DNA of 57,842 bases, filler included, from Streblomastix strix (GCA_008636045.1; 2 parts of 2 records of this genome joined end to end with filler, not necessarily neighbours in it), one strand, 5' to 3'. Numbered from the whole stretch's first letter, positions 27,310-40,899 are shown. The notes: generated by a model from the sequence alone, not told the origin. Numbers and translations are program-made.

Positions 27310-28890
27310 CTAGTGGGAAACCTGCCGCAAATGCGGCAAATAAACACAACTATTATTAAAATTTGTTTAATTAAAACTGGAGATAGAACTATTTTAAATA
27401 AATAAATTTTAGTTTATTACTGCTCGCTATTAGTAAAATGAAATGATTTTGAAAATCATTATTTTTTTAATGCTTCTTTGAACACAACATTTTTCATCTT
27501 ATTGATTTATTTATTCTTTAAATCCGTTGAGAAAATTTTCAAATCATTCATTTTTCTGCACCTTGAAAGAGCAACATATAGTTATCCATGGGTAAAAACT
27601 TACTATCTAAGATGAATTCCTACTTTATTCAGAGTCTATCCTTGGGATTTGTTGATAGTCATAGCATAACCGAGTTTCAAAGGAAACTAATGACGATGTA
27701 AAATGAATGGATAGTCTGTATCAGTTGAAGTGATATCCATCTTTGGAACGAAGACAACTGTTCCTGCAGTTGGCCCAGTTAGAATGATACATTAAATTAC
27801 TGAAGGTTTAATTGCAATAACTTTTAGTCGTGTTCTGTTGCAAAGTCCTAATTTTATGTTCATATTTCTTAGAAGCATAACTGACGCACCAATTTTGATA
27901 TTTAGAATATGAGGAGGAAGTGCAGCTGGTGTGAGATTGTTGAGCACATCTCTTGTAATCTCATCTAATGATTCACCATTTTTTAATGTTGCTTTAACTG
28001 AACTGAGTAATTGAATTGGCTCACATTTAAGCAGTCTAAGTACGCAATCGTTAATGTCATCTGAATCATTGTTTGTTGTACAAAGTATGACATCATATAC
28101 TTATTAGTTAGTATTTAATATCTCATCTCCAAAAATATCCATAATTAAGTTCTCTTAACTCATGCAAATGTATGGAATATCAATCATTTCGTTTTTATCT
28201 TATTGCATCGTCCCATTTCCAATTTACATAAGAAAAGATGAAAACTCTTCTGATCCTTCTCCAGTTCTCATGTTTTTCTTCAACTTTAGGCAATCAAATT
28301 TTCTCTATAAGTTTGATTTCTGAATTGATGCGTTTACTTACTCATTAAGAGCTCCAAATTTGACTATTGGGAGGACTTATCTGAAATCTCCTCCAAAAAT
28401 CATCAGAACTCCTCCAAAATCTTTATTATTTTTTCTAATTTCTTTCAATTTCTTATCAACAGATTCAGTAGCCCACTTACTTGCCATTGGAGCTTCATCC
28501 CATATTATTACATCAACTAATTATAACTAATTCCACAATAGTCCATTTTTTGCTTATGTAATTTTAGAAGAATTTTTGGAGGAAGTTAGTGGTACTGGAA
28601 GTTTGAAAAGGCTATGTGAGCTTTATCCTTATGGTAATAAACAGGCAGCAATTCCTGTCCATGCATAATTGAGAATTTTTTTGCCTATTAGATTGACTAT
28701 CTTGTTAATGACATTATAAAGAAAAGTCTTTCCTGTTCCAGCTGGGCCATCAACGAAAATTAATCGTGAATGTTAAAGATATGAATTATTTAATATTCCA
28801 ATAATCAACTACGCAATTTCTTTCTAATCATCATTTAATTAATCTAGTAATTGATTCATGGATTCTAGCACATTATCTTACTATAATAAG
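27310..28890 (-). mobile_element. Helitron, 3' portion (cut by the gap)
   Basis: PIF1 helicase followed on the minus strand by the hairpin TGCCGCA-TT-TGCGGCA (27323-27338), then CTAG (27310-27313) and a flanking T. Confidence 0.92.
27456..28890 (-). CDS. PIF1-family helicase domain of Helitron RepHel (partial)
   Basis: FVDGPAGTGKTFLY, AWTGIAA, IIWDEAPM, FGGDFRQVLP, LKKNMRT, FPLKLGYAMTINKSQGQTL, FTHGQLYVALSR, NVVFKEAL; TGA at 27456-27458. Confidence 0.93.
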
Positions 28891-28990
28891 NNNNNNNNNN
28901 NNNNNNNNNNNNNNNNNNNNNNNNNNNNNNNNNNTTAATTAATTAANNNNNNNNNNNNNNNNNNNNNNNNNNNNNNNNNNNNNNNNNNNN
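28891..28990. other. assembly gap with artificial spacer (44 N + TTAATTAATTAA + 44 N)
   Basis: Exactly 100 nt and symmetric; the 12-mer places TAA in all six frames. Confidence 0.95.
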
Positions 28991-29726
28991 AACAAAATTT
29001 GATAATTAAAGCATAGAAACTGATTTACCAATTTTTTGCCCATATATTGGTAATTTTCTTGAATATCCGCAGATGTTAATAATTAGTGTGTCAAACTAGC
29101 TATAAGGCATTACTTTATAGTCAATTAGCGGCAATGGGTTTTCAAACGTATACTTTAAATAAAACTTGGTTGATGCTCCGGTATTATGGGGTAAAACATG
29201 ATGTCTTAATAGTGTTTGATTGGTTAAAATAAGTCCCTAGTATTCACTTTATACGACAATTTTGTCAGAAAAATACCTATGCAATTTATGGATATATACA
29301 ATAATTTACTACTAGAAATACAATATTAATGAATTTAATTTTAAATAAATGGATAAATTAAATAAAGTATTAACAACTTTTGAATTATCAATACTACATT
29401 ATAGCACAGAATTATAGGACATAAAAAGGTTAGAAAAATAGGTTTAAAATCCATCAAATTATACTAAATAATGTGAAGGAACAATAGGAGTTAATTTGCA
29501 TACCATTAGTTATACAATTGATGAAGTGGTGAATAATGCAAAAGAACAAATAAAGCACTATATAAAATGAAGGATAACAACCTGGCTACAAGAAACATTT
29601 TATATAATGCGTACCCATAATTATCGCAGGAGTTTGATGGATTTATTGAAGAACATTAAATAACCCTTTGAATCATATTTTTTTTCTCTTTCCATAATTA
29701 TTTTTACACATTTTAATTTTAAATAA

Positions 29727-32700
29727 ATGGCCTACCTCCGAAAATAATAACTTATATAATTAATATAAATTTATTAGCCTAATTTCGATCAAAAACTAAA
29801 GGTTCCACAATTAAGATAAAAATTGAACGGTTATTTATCTTTTCTACATTATGATTAAGGAAAAAATAATTATAATAAACTCAGCTAATTTATAACGGAA
29901 CATGTAGCCCACAGAAACACATATGAATAACGAATATAATAAGCTATATTATAACGTTATTAAATTAAAAGAACCGTTGATAGAAATGAATAATATGAAT
30001 AAGATTCATAAGAATATAGAAGAGAAAGAGAACAATAAGAAGTAGATATATTTTGGACTGATTACCAAAGACAATAAGCCGAAGAAGCTAAGCGAATAAT
30101 GAATGAAGAACATGATTTGATGCTATTATAAGAGTCAAAGAAACTTACAAAACCAGATAATTTTAAAGAAATATATGAGCATTTTATTCTTCCGTTATAT
30201 TTTACAAACTAGTAATAGAACAAAGAAATATACGAAAAAATTAGAAAAAATGAAGGTATTAAATTAATTAAATTGAAAATGAGATAGAAACATTGTTATT
30301 ATTTCCACCATTTGATAACGAAAAATTTGACTAGTAGGTTAGACGTGCAAGGTAAGGGTTTTAACTTGAAAAGGAAATTATGTCTGACGATGGCATAAGT
30401 CCAATATATTATGAAAATTACATAGATTCTTTGGATAAAATAGAAGAATTTGTCGATAAAATTTATAACAAATAAGACCATAGAGCTTTTAAATAACTAT
30501 TCAATTTTGGTATTATAGTTGAAGAGTCAGACCGTGATAAAAATGGTAATGAAGTTGTTATTTATAAATATTTGTTGCCATGAGAAGCAAGAACCTATGC
30601 ACATGCATCAAAGAATATATAAACACAAGAACATATAGAGGAATACAAACAATATATAAAGGCTGAGATTATTGACATGTAAAATTATAATCTGGATAAT
30701 ACAAAAGAACTTCATAAAGCAATTTATTCGATGATGATTAAAATATTTAAATTGTAAAAGGTAGTGGTTGGGTCAAGTATGAAGGAATTGATTTAAAAAC
30801 ACTGGGGTGGACACAAGAAAGTTTTATATAAAAATGATGGAGAAAATAATATGTGTTATATGGAAGCATTAGCCATAGCATTAAACCCTGATAGTATTAA
30901 TAAACGGATTAAATCAAATTCAATTATAAGCATTAGCCGTTAGTATCTCATTAAGGTATTAGACCTACCATTCGATGCAAAAAGTAGATAAATGACTGAA
31001 TTTTTAAAAACATTTGAAGGTATAGACTTTATGAAATACTCCTAAATTATAACACAAAAGTTTATGATTAATTAGAATATATACTTTTATGATGATGAGC
31101 ACAAAGTTTACTATCTGGGTGATATAAATAAATATGTTGATGAGGAACAGGACGAATACAATGAAACGAATGAACAATAAAATGATATTCCAACCGGTGA
31201 TATACTAATTGTTCAGGAAGAAATTAGCGGAAAATTAGCTCAACACGCATTTGCCATAGCTAATAAAGAAACGCTGACCGGATTAAAATTTTGTCCATTT
31301 TGCAAATCAAAAGGGTTTGATATTAAAAGCAAAAATTTCCTAAGAGACTATGAAAAACATACTAAAAAATGTGAATAAAATGGTGGTAAATTGGTAAAGA
31401 CTATTTAATTGTATTAGATATAAAAACCGTTTTGCCCACATATCACATAAAACAAAACATACTAATACCTTTTGGCATATGTAAGATAAAAAGAGTTTAA
31501 GCCTACATAATACTATATAACATATGATTTGGAAACTGTTGAAAAAATTGTTAATAAATAATTTGGAAAGTCAAGCAAATAGACATCCGAACTAGTGCCT
31601 TTATCTGTTGCTTCTACTATTAAAAATAAACAAGGCATTCACACAATATATTCTGACTTGCGAAATGGAGATGATTTTATAACGCAATGGTTAAAGCAGG
31701 TGTTCAATGAGGCAGTTATCATATAATAAGATAATCAATATTATACCCCCGCAGGAACGATAGATAAAAACATGCAATATAATGTGGAGTTATCAGTAAT
31801 TGGATTCAATAGTTTAAAATTTGATTTTTCGTTAATATTCAGGAAATTGTATTGTGCTGAATGGGAAATAAAGAGTTATATTGGTAGTTCAGGAGTAGCA
31901 AAGCAAATAGTTGTTTAACAAAAGCACTTGGACGTTAAACTTAAATTTTTTTGATGTATTGACTTATTACATACCAATTACTTTAAAAGAATTTGCATAA
32001 ACATTTAACTCGGAAATTAATAGTCAAAAAGGCGTATTTCCTTATGAATTTATAAACATTGATAATTATATAGAAATTTTAAACTAGTCAGAACTATTTC
32101 CAATTGAATCATTCAACTCTACACTGAAAAATACATCAATGAAATAAGAAGAATATGACTAATATGTGAAAGATGAAAAGCTATTCAAAAACAGATGGGA
32201 TTACCTTTAATATTATAATGAACAAGACACTAAAATAATGATAGAACCGATTGATGCATTGATATAAACGTATATAAAGTTTGATATCGATATGCTTAGT
32301 TTTATGTCAATGGCGGCGTGTGCAAATGCAAATAAATATGCACATGCTTATAAAGAATTTAATGTAAATGGTTATTACCTTAAGCAAGAAGATAAATCAC
32401 TAAAATTTGACTTATAATAAAGATATTGGAATAGTAAAGCGTATTATTATAAAATGTAGGATTTGCAACAAAAAAGAGATACAACCAATAACGTTTAAGA
32501 GTCAGATTTCGAATATTTCAAACAACTATTTCAAGACAATAAATGTGCGATTTGTGGCGATGAATTCTCACTAAATAGTAAGCCAACGCTCGACAGAATC
32601 GATAATAAAAAGGGTCATTCAAAAGACAACGTACAACCGTGTTGTTTGTATTGTAATACCTTATGCTCGAATAAAGACAAAAACGTTCAAAAACAATTCA

Positions 32701-34285
32701 TATAATTAAGGAGATTTTGCAGCTTCAACCACTTACCAACTAATTTAACAGACATTGATATTTATAAACTAATCAGGTAAGGCATAACTGGTGGCTTGTC
32801 TAACGTGATGCATAGGGTTAATATTGCAGGGTAAGATTTTATAAAGAAATTTTGGTATAACAAAGAGACAAAAACAATAACCGTTTTAACATCTGACCAT
32901 AGAATAACCCATATAATAGGTATAGATTTCAACTCTTTATATCCCAGTGTCATGTCATCAGAACCTCACAAATTTATTAAATATACAGGTGGTAAAATGA
33001 ATATGCCTGGGTCTGTTGTAGGTAAAATATTGAATAATTCCGATGAAAATAAACAAAAAATACTTAACATAAAAAATAACAAAACAGATTTAATAAATGG
33101 GGACAACTATTTATAGCAGAAATAAAGGGACATATTAATGAAAATTATTTGAATGATTTTATTAATTTCCCACCAATTTTAAGGAATTATGAGTTTATGA
33201 CTAATGAAGAAACAATAGGTAAATACGTGCACGAGCATATGAAAAATAGCGGAATTAAAACAGATTAAAAGTAGCGAAAACTGACAAATTTGTTATCAAC
33301 GATGGATAGCTTCATGTTATTTTCAAGTTATTATTTATGGTTTTTAATTGATGACTGTCATTTTATAATAGATGATGTTAAATAGTTGGTTTTGTTTGAT
33401 AAGCATGACAAGTTCAATGGGTTTGTGAAAGAATTTACAAGCCAACGAATTTAGGCAAAAATTGAAGGGTAAAAAGGTTTAGAACAATTTTTTAAAATCA
33501 ATATGAATAGCTCGTATGGAAGTGATGGTATGAATACTGAGAAATTTATAAAAATAAAAATGATGAATAAAAAACAAGCACTTTAAGCTCATTTGTCGAA
33601 TACTTTTATAGATGATTAGAAACTAGCCGATGACGTCTATGCCGTATGAATGAATCCAGAAACTTGAGCATGTAAAACTCCTTTATAAGTTACTTATTTT
33701 GTATAAGATAACGCAAAGTATTGGTACCTAAATTTCATTTACAATTTCATGCACAAGTGTTTTGACATGGATAGGTTGCATTTTGTAGAAGGAGATACTG
33801 ATTCAGCATATTGGGCGGTATATGGTGATGAAAATGATTACTATAAACAGTAGTTTAAACATGTTATAAAAAATTAATAGTTTTATGATGAAAATGCCAA
33901 GTATTTTTTCCCGACGGTTGAAGGTGATTTGTTGGATGAGAAAAAGATACGTGGGTTAGCTTTAGAACGAGAAGGTCCAGAAATAATAGCATTAGCTCCA
34001 AAAAACTATTATATGAAGATAAATGATAAGGAAAAAATAAAATTAAAAGGAGTTAATCAATCAACTAATAAAATTACTAATGACTAAATAATGGATAATA
34101 TAACCAACTGAACAATTACAAAATGCACGAATATGAGGCTCGGATAAAAGAATTACCAAATGAGCAAGTTATCAACAGAAAAAAATGGAATAACAGGCTG
34201 CCATACAAAAATGGTGGTATTAAATGATTAAAGTTGATGCCCTTACATATTTGGTTTGAAAGCAAGTGATTATATGGTATAATGA
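29727..34285 (+). pseudogene. protein-primed family B DNA polymerase (pPolB), copy B, with Zn-finger and HNH/endonuclease VII-like inserts
   Basis: YDLET (~31523), GFNSLKFDF (~31802), CAICGD...TLDRIDNKKGHSKDNVQPCCLYCN (~32544-32657), DFNSLYPS (32925), KINMNSSYG (~33494), EGDTDS (~33788), APKNY, KLKGV. Several frameshifts and TGAs. Confidence 0.95.
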
Positions 34286-34683
34286 AAAAATAAAAATCAA
34301 ACCATTTATTTTTATGGCTAATTTAATAGTTTAAGGTATTAAATATAACGAAAATGCTACGCTAATTCCAAGTCTTTACTAATAAAGGCATAATTCAAAA
34401 ATTGTTCTATTTATTATACGGATAATTCGCTCCAATGTATTTTTAATTCGTTCTTACCCATTTTTCTTTTATAAAAAAATTATATAACATAAACCGTTAT
34501 ATTTAGTGGTACCATCACTATATCAAAATAACCCCATAATTTTTTAATTAAATTTACTGTACGGGTTAATTGCTCAGGAATAGATACAGATAAAACAGAT
34601 ATAATAAAATTAACGCCATAAAATATGTAATTCATTAGACTCATAAACAAATTCAATAAGTTCATTTTATTATTTTTAAAAAC

Positions 34684-35699
34684 ATTACTCTGCAAGAGAT
34701 ACAAAACATAACATTTTCAAACTAGGATTTACTTAACGAATATAAAACCAGGCCATTGACCAAAAACTCCTTATTCCTCGTTAATGGAAACCATTAAATT
34801 GTTGGAGCTGTTGGTTCAGGTAAAACAACATTAATGTCCAAGCTAATAGTAATATACTAAAAAGTAATCAATCCATACATATTATACTTTTCAAATTTTG
34901 GTGCTGATGAGACAATGGCATTAAATCTTAACAGTAAAAACATATCATTAACCAATATAACATATGGGGAAGCAATGTTGTTTTTACCAGAATTTGATGA
35001 AATAAAATATTAAACAAAAGAGGTGTATACTTGGTACAAATTGCATGAGTAAGGTTTCAAATATACTAGTGATTTTATAAAAAGAGTCGAAGAAAAAATA
35101 ATATAATAAAATGAAGCTAAAAACAATGAAAAACCAGAAGAATATTTAAAACGAATAGCTGATTTATTCAAATAATATGTTATAGAAAACATTAATAAAT
35201 ATAGTTAGCCATTCAAAATATTACGTTTTGATATTCCAGCACTTATATAAAATATTAGCTATGAAAAAAAATGAAAGTAATTGATGATAAACAAACAGCC
35301 GATATAAAAATAATGAAAATACCAGTACTTTTTAAGGCATAATTGTTAAATACACTAATGCTTTTTGATGATATTGGAAGTAATGCCGATATCTAACGTT
35401 TTAATTCTTCACTTGCTGAATCAATTACTCATTTGGTTTCAGACTCTCGTTATTCGAAAAATACGATATTTTTCATAATATAAAGACCAAGTTATTTGTT
35501 TAAGACTGCAAAGGTATTATCCCATGTAATAGCTATAGGCGTTAATCTAGGAGAGAGTGATTTAAAACAAGTATATGAAGAAAACACGATATAAAACTTT
35601 GATTTTGAAGAGTTTTTACTGCTATATTCCACATTATAAAAATATGAATTTATTATTTTAAACAAGCTTTTCAGTAAGTATGAAATATTAAGAAATTGA
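34684..35699 (+). pseudogene. FtsK/HerA (A32-like) packaging ATPase, copy B
   Basis: GAVGSGKTT (34804), LMLFDDIG, SDSRYSKNTIFFIIQ. Start mutated to ATT; one frameshift near 35270. Confidence 0.88.
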
Positions 35700-35719
35700 T
35701 AGTTTTGTGTGTAAATAAA

Positions 35720-35968
35720 ATGGATTCTATATTTTAATTAGCCACAAACATTGGCCTATAATATAATGCTACGGACTATGAAATTTTCAAAATATTTGAA
35801 GCGTTAATTGAAAATAATGATATGAATGGTCAAGAAAAATAAATATATCAATAGTTTAAAAGCCATTATTCATTTCTCGAATCTTTGCAAGATAAAACAG
35901 TGTAAATAATACAATATATTCAATACCTCAATTTATTGATGCGGTTAAATTCATCTAATAATAATTGA
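35720..35968 (+). CDS. small viral ORF (82 aa), copy B
   Basis: MDSIFQLATNIGLQYNATDYEIFKIFEALIE...*; homolog of 15278-15526. Confidence 0.7.
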
Positions 35969-36409
35969 CCAAACCACTATTTTATGTATCATTGACAAAA
36001 TCATTATATATTTATTTTTCCTGTTCATTAGCTTCAGATATAATATATTTTTTTATTTGTTGTGGCTAATTGTTTTAATCTAGTTGTTTTTTAATACAAT
36101 TACACTTATTTTTATAATATTTTTCTTACTCATTGAACAGTTTAATTTTATAATCTTCTGCATCAACATACTGCTTTATTTGTTATAATTTGTTTTACTA
36201 ATTCATGAACTACTTATTTATTCTTGTTAGTTCTTAGAGTAATGGGTGCAGTATTATTTCTTTATCTTTTACTAACAATTTTTGTAGTGCATCAATTGTT
36301 GCTTTTATCGAGTCATCACTTTCAAAATTTTACTTAATTACTTCATTAAAGAGTTATTTTATAGGGTCTTTACAAGAGGCCATTTTTTTAAAAAATAAAT
36401 ATATCCTTT

Positions 36410-38372
36410 TCATAATGTTCCACCATTAAATGTTAAAGTATTTCCATCAGCACTATTTTATAAACCTCTGGCTGTATCACCTTAATCAGCCGACAATGAT
36501 ATATTTAATCCTAATGGGTTAATCGAATAGCTACTTGGTGGAGTAAATATTTACCATTAATTATCAATAGTTCCAACTGTAGATGTTCGACTACATCCTA
36601 AGAAAATTGAAGATCCACCTGTGCTTTCTATTGTTCTTAATATTCTCAAACCATCATCATATTCAGTAGCTGAAAGATTAATTTATATGTTTCCTGAGTT
36701 CATTTTGCTATAAAAATTTAATGTGTTTCCATCGGCGGATATCATTCGTCCTAAATTCTGATTTATTTATGTATTAACTCCTATCCTTAATACACCAGTA
36801 GGGGTATTTGCCATATTTCACTAATCCGTTAATGCTCCCGTTGTTGATTGAGGATTACAACCTAAATAAATTCCACAGTAATCACTATTATCCGATCGTG
36901 TTATTCTTACTCCTTCATTAAAATTATCACCATTTGGATTAATTTGTACAACTTTTTCAAATGTTTTTATACTAGTAATTGTTTAATCTGTTCCAGTATC
37001 AACTACTCCATTACCATTGAAAATTAATCTATTTCCATCAGTGGTTATACGTAATCCTCTGTTAGCTTTTGAATAATCGGGTGACTAATAAATATAAAAT
37101 TATTATGCAGTAGGTCCTTATCCTAACATAATACCAACAGTCCATTATCCTTCTATAAATCCACTACGTTCATTTGGATCATCACCAAAGAATATTTAAC
37201 ATGATTCATTACTTGCATTTGCTATTCGTATTCCTTCATTATAATTATCACCAGTAGGAACTATTTAAAATATATTATTAAATGTTTTTGCACCAGTAAT
37301 GGTTTAATCAGATGCTATATTAACCACTCCATTTATTATATCACCATTAGCGCAAACTATTTCCGTAGCCAATCCGCCTGTTTTAATAAATTTAGTTGCT
37401 GTAATGTTTCCATCATATGTTAATTACTATGGATGGACATGGTCATTTCTACAATAAAAATCACACACACCATTAGCCGCAGCAGTAGCATTTACTAACG
37501 GAACATTTGCAGTTATTGGATCAACATTTAATGGATGTTGATGTGTAGCGCATGCATATATATTAGCCGTACTTGCTGTTCCACTTCCCGTATCTTTTAG
37601 GGGTACATCATTACTTAGATTTACATGATGCGTATGGTCAGAAATGGCATAAGTGGTAGCAACTCCTGTCTCACCATTTGCAGTGTCTTTTGCAGGTAAA
37701 ACAGTTGAAATTTATAAAGAATGTTAATAGTCTCCTCTTGCATATTCATTACTAGTTCCTGCACTTCCATTTACCACAGAGTATAATGGTATCGCATCAC
37801 TGGCAAGAGTTACCTAATCAGGTACTATATCAGCACTATTATACCAATTCGCGTCAAACATCCATACAGTTCCACTTTCTGCACTAAATGCAAAATCACC
37901 ATTTGCGGAATTAGGCAAATTATTATATGACACTATTCAACAAATAATATCCACGGAAATGTATTTATCTCGCTAGTTCTTACTAAATAGTTTATATATC
38001 ACTTTTTATTCCATCAATATCTTATTCTACCCCTCCAATTGATGACTACAATTAATTTACTTCATTAATTAACTGGTTAATTTATGCAACAAAATCAAAG
38101 TTTATTACCTTTAAATTCTTTATTGTCAGAAGTCCATTTGGTGCAATTTTGAGAGCATAATCAATTGCTTAACCATCAACTATTTAGTTATTAGCTGCAT
38201 TAACTAGTGCATTGTCATTATCTATAAACAGTTAATATTCATCATTTTGCAACATTCCACCACTAGAGCTTCCCCTTTTCTGATACTATATATAATATGC
38301 TATATCATTAGTGATAAGCTGGCGAACTGTTCGGATTTGTAGCTGTGTTAATGGATTATTTTAGGTAATCAT
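36410..38372 (-). pseudogene. fibre/spike-like protein 1, copy B
   Basis: Same N-terminus as copy A, then four YxRxDHxH-type repeats and three (E/D)G.RI...W...GL.IS.DGN.L.F modules. At least one internal TGA. Confidence 0.72.
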
Positions 38373-38422
38373 TTTAATTTTACAAAAATAAAAAGTTTAA
38401 ATGTTATTATTGGATATGGTTA

Positions 38423-38629
38423 TCACCGTTTATTTACGAGTCGATACACAGCTCCTGCAAGATTAGCCCCAGCGCCCAGTGCTCCACCAATTCCTGGGTG
38501 TATCATTCCTACAAAGCCTGATATTGTTGATAGTACCTTATGAAGAGTTGGTGCTACCCACTACGCAGCATGTTTAATACCTCCCAATATTTTACTTCCA
38601 ATGTTTGCTATACCACTGAAAAATCGCAT
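38423..38629 (-). CDS. 68-aa amphipathic Gly/Ala-rich peptide, copy B
   Basis: MRFFSGIANIGSKILGGIKHAAQWVAPTLHKVLSTISGFVGMIHPGIGGALGAGANLAGAVYRLVNKR*. Confidence 0.78.
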
Positions 38630-38653
38630 TTATTTATTTTTAAAAATATTAAA

Positions 38654-40631
38654 ATGTCGTTCTCAGCATCTGACTACCTTTAAAGACTAGCCAAAATGCA
38701 ACACTCTGATTACATTAGTGGATACATGCAACTTGGTGAGGTTTTAAAAACACTATCAATTCATGCCTAATCCTTCGCAATTTCTAAGTAATAATTTTTT
38801 ACTAGCCAGTAAATTAATTAATATCTTTAGGTGTTAGATATACACGTGCGCCGTTGGCTGCTAGAGGAACAGCAACTTGTTCAATGGTATAAACATGCTA
38901 AGTAAATTGGACTATAACAATCCTAGCAAATATATTAGCCGTATAATTAAAAAGGTGTGAAATTTAAAGAGCTGATGCTAACAATTTAGATGCAAGGGTT
39001 AATTTTAATGCAAAGGCTAACACTATTACACCTAATGACAAAAATATGGAATAAGCCAATCAATTTTATTATGGTAAAGCAGCTGATGCTCCAGAAAATA
39101 GCGAACATTTGAAGTTTTGGCTTGGTTTCTCCACTGCTTGCGGACCATTTAATTAGTTTACAATATTACGAGATGCTTAAAATTTATGGAATACAGCAAT
39201 ATATGCGAGAGAGAAAGCAGTTATTTATTCAAATTCATTAACGGGTTTATGCACAAATAATTCCGTCAGTGTCTCACCACTCGAAAGTATCATTACTGGC
39301 AAACGTCATTGTGGTGTATTTATTGATATACCACTTTGTGAAATAGATAGAGCAGCAGCTAATGGTACCCCATATTTTTATCTGATACCACAAGATATAA
39401 CTTTTAGTGGTGTATTAGATTCGAACTAATTAAACCCAATTTTTAACTCATTCCCAGTACTGACAAGAAACTATGCATCTTTATACTTATAGCTATGGGT
39501 GTAGGATTTCATTTAGGATTTAAAAATTGTGTGGCTTAACAAATCAGATGTTATGGGAAATATTCATCTAGCATATGCAATGATTCCACCAGAGAAACCA
39601 GATGTTGTTTATCTATTAAGTAGATTAGAGGATGAGGACCCACTAACATATTCATTGTTTAATGTTAGGCTCGTTAATATGTAAAATGTTGCGAATAATG
39701 CAAAAGAACCATAAAATTCCATTAGTTAAATATCAAATGCTAAATTTGAAGAGTTAGAAATATAAAATGTATGTTTTAATATAGAAAATGAAGAGGCAAT
39801 TATTCAGATGATACAATCATAAAGAATTATAAATTTCCCTACATAAATCATAAGGTCCTAATCTTCAAATTTTCCCTTCAGTTGTTTTTAGGCTGTTTCT
39901 GGTAGTATGTAAAGTATAATGTCATTTGCTAATATAAATGCACTGTTCATGACATTTGCCATGCCACAACATCCTACTTGGTTTTTCCCTATACTATTTT
40001 ATAACTTTAATTTGGTTGTTGATTAGAAGAATTTAATACCATAACCGTATAAAGCACTGACCCAAGCAACTAATAGCTAAATGTTTGATTGTTTCGTTGA
40101 TTAAGATGTTGTAAGTGCTCCATCAGACCTGTACCATTCGCTTACTTTTGAAAATATAAACGCTAATGATAAAGATGATTTTTATGGACATGTTGATGCT
40201 GGAAGTCATTTAAAAGCTAATGCTAATATATTTTATTATACAACATTATTCAATGAAAGTAAAGCCACTAAAACATTATACCCAAATAAGTATATGCTGG
40301 CATGGAAAATGGCAACTGATGACTCATTTAAGCGAAGATATAACTCTTCAAAAATTGGTGCTAGAACAATATATAAGTGATTTTTAACGGAAATTTGACT
40401 AAAGGAATTATAGATACCATATAATTAAATCCATCATAGAATTAAAATGATTTTAAGCAATTTATTGCTATGCGAAGCTATCCAGATCCACATCAGGTAG
40501 CACTGACACCTATCATGCACTATTTGTGTAATGCATTTATTCGCATAACATTTGATGATAACCCAGACCCATAAGTATTAAGCATGGATGTTATAGGAGA
40601 AATAAGCGGTTCATCAATTAAGAGCGGTTGA
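38654..40631 (+). pseudogene. putative double-jelly-roll major capsid protein (~660 aa), copy B
   Basis: Full-length span ending PIMHYLCNAFIRITFDDNPDPQVLSMDVIGEISGSSIKSG*. Single-base frameshifts near 38801 and 40368. Confidence 0.72.
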
Positions 40632-40899
40632 GCACGGACGCAGTAAGGGGTCCGCAATGATTAATAGGTAAAAATAATTTGTTTATCATTACTTTTGTTT
40701 ATTATTCCTTGCGGCCTGCTTTGCAGCTCTGACTCATCCATATATTGAATTCTTAACCTCTTCGCTAATTTCTTCGCATTCTATTTTAATTTATGCTATC
40801 ATTAATATACATCCAAGCAAATTATTACAAGCTATAATTAATAATGATATACTAGTTATTATTTCATAAATCATTTATATAAAAATAAAATTAAATTTT

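Noticed and set aside
1726..38372. RT plus variable fibres as a diversity-generating retroelement
   Set aside because: The RT is a decayed DIRS-type enzyme with RNase H lying outside the viral TIR. I found no template/variable repeat pair differing only at adenines.
40630..40660. GC-rich patch after the MCP stop as a terminator hairpin
   Set aside because: Only a 5-bp stem (CGGAC/GTCCG), and the region is deleted in copy A, so conservation cannot be assessed.
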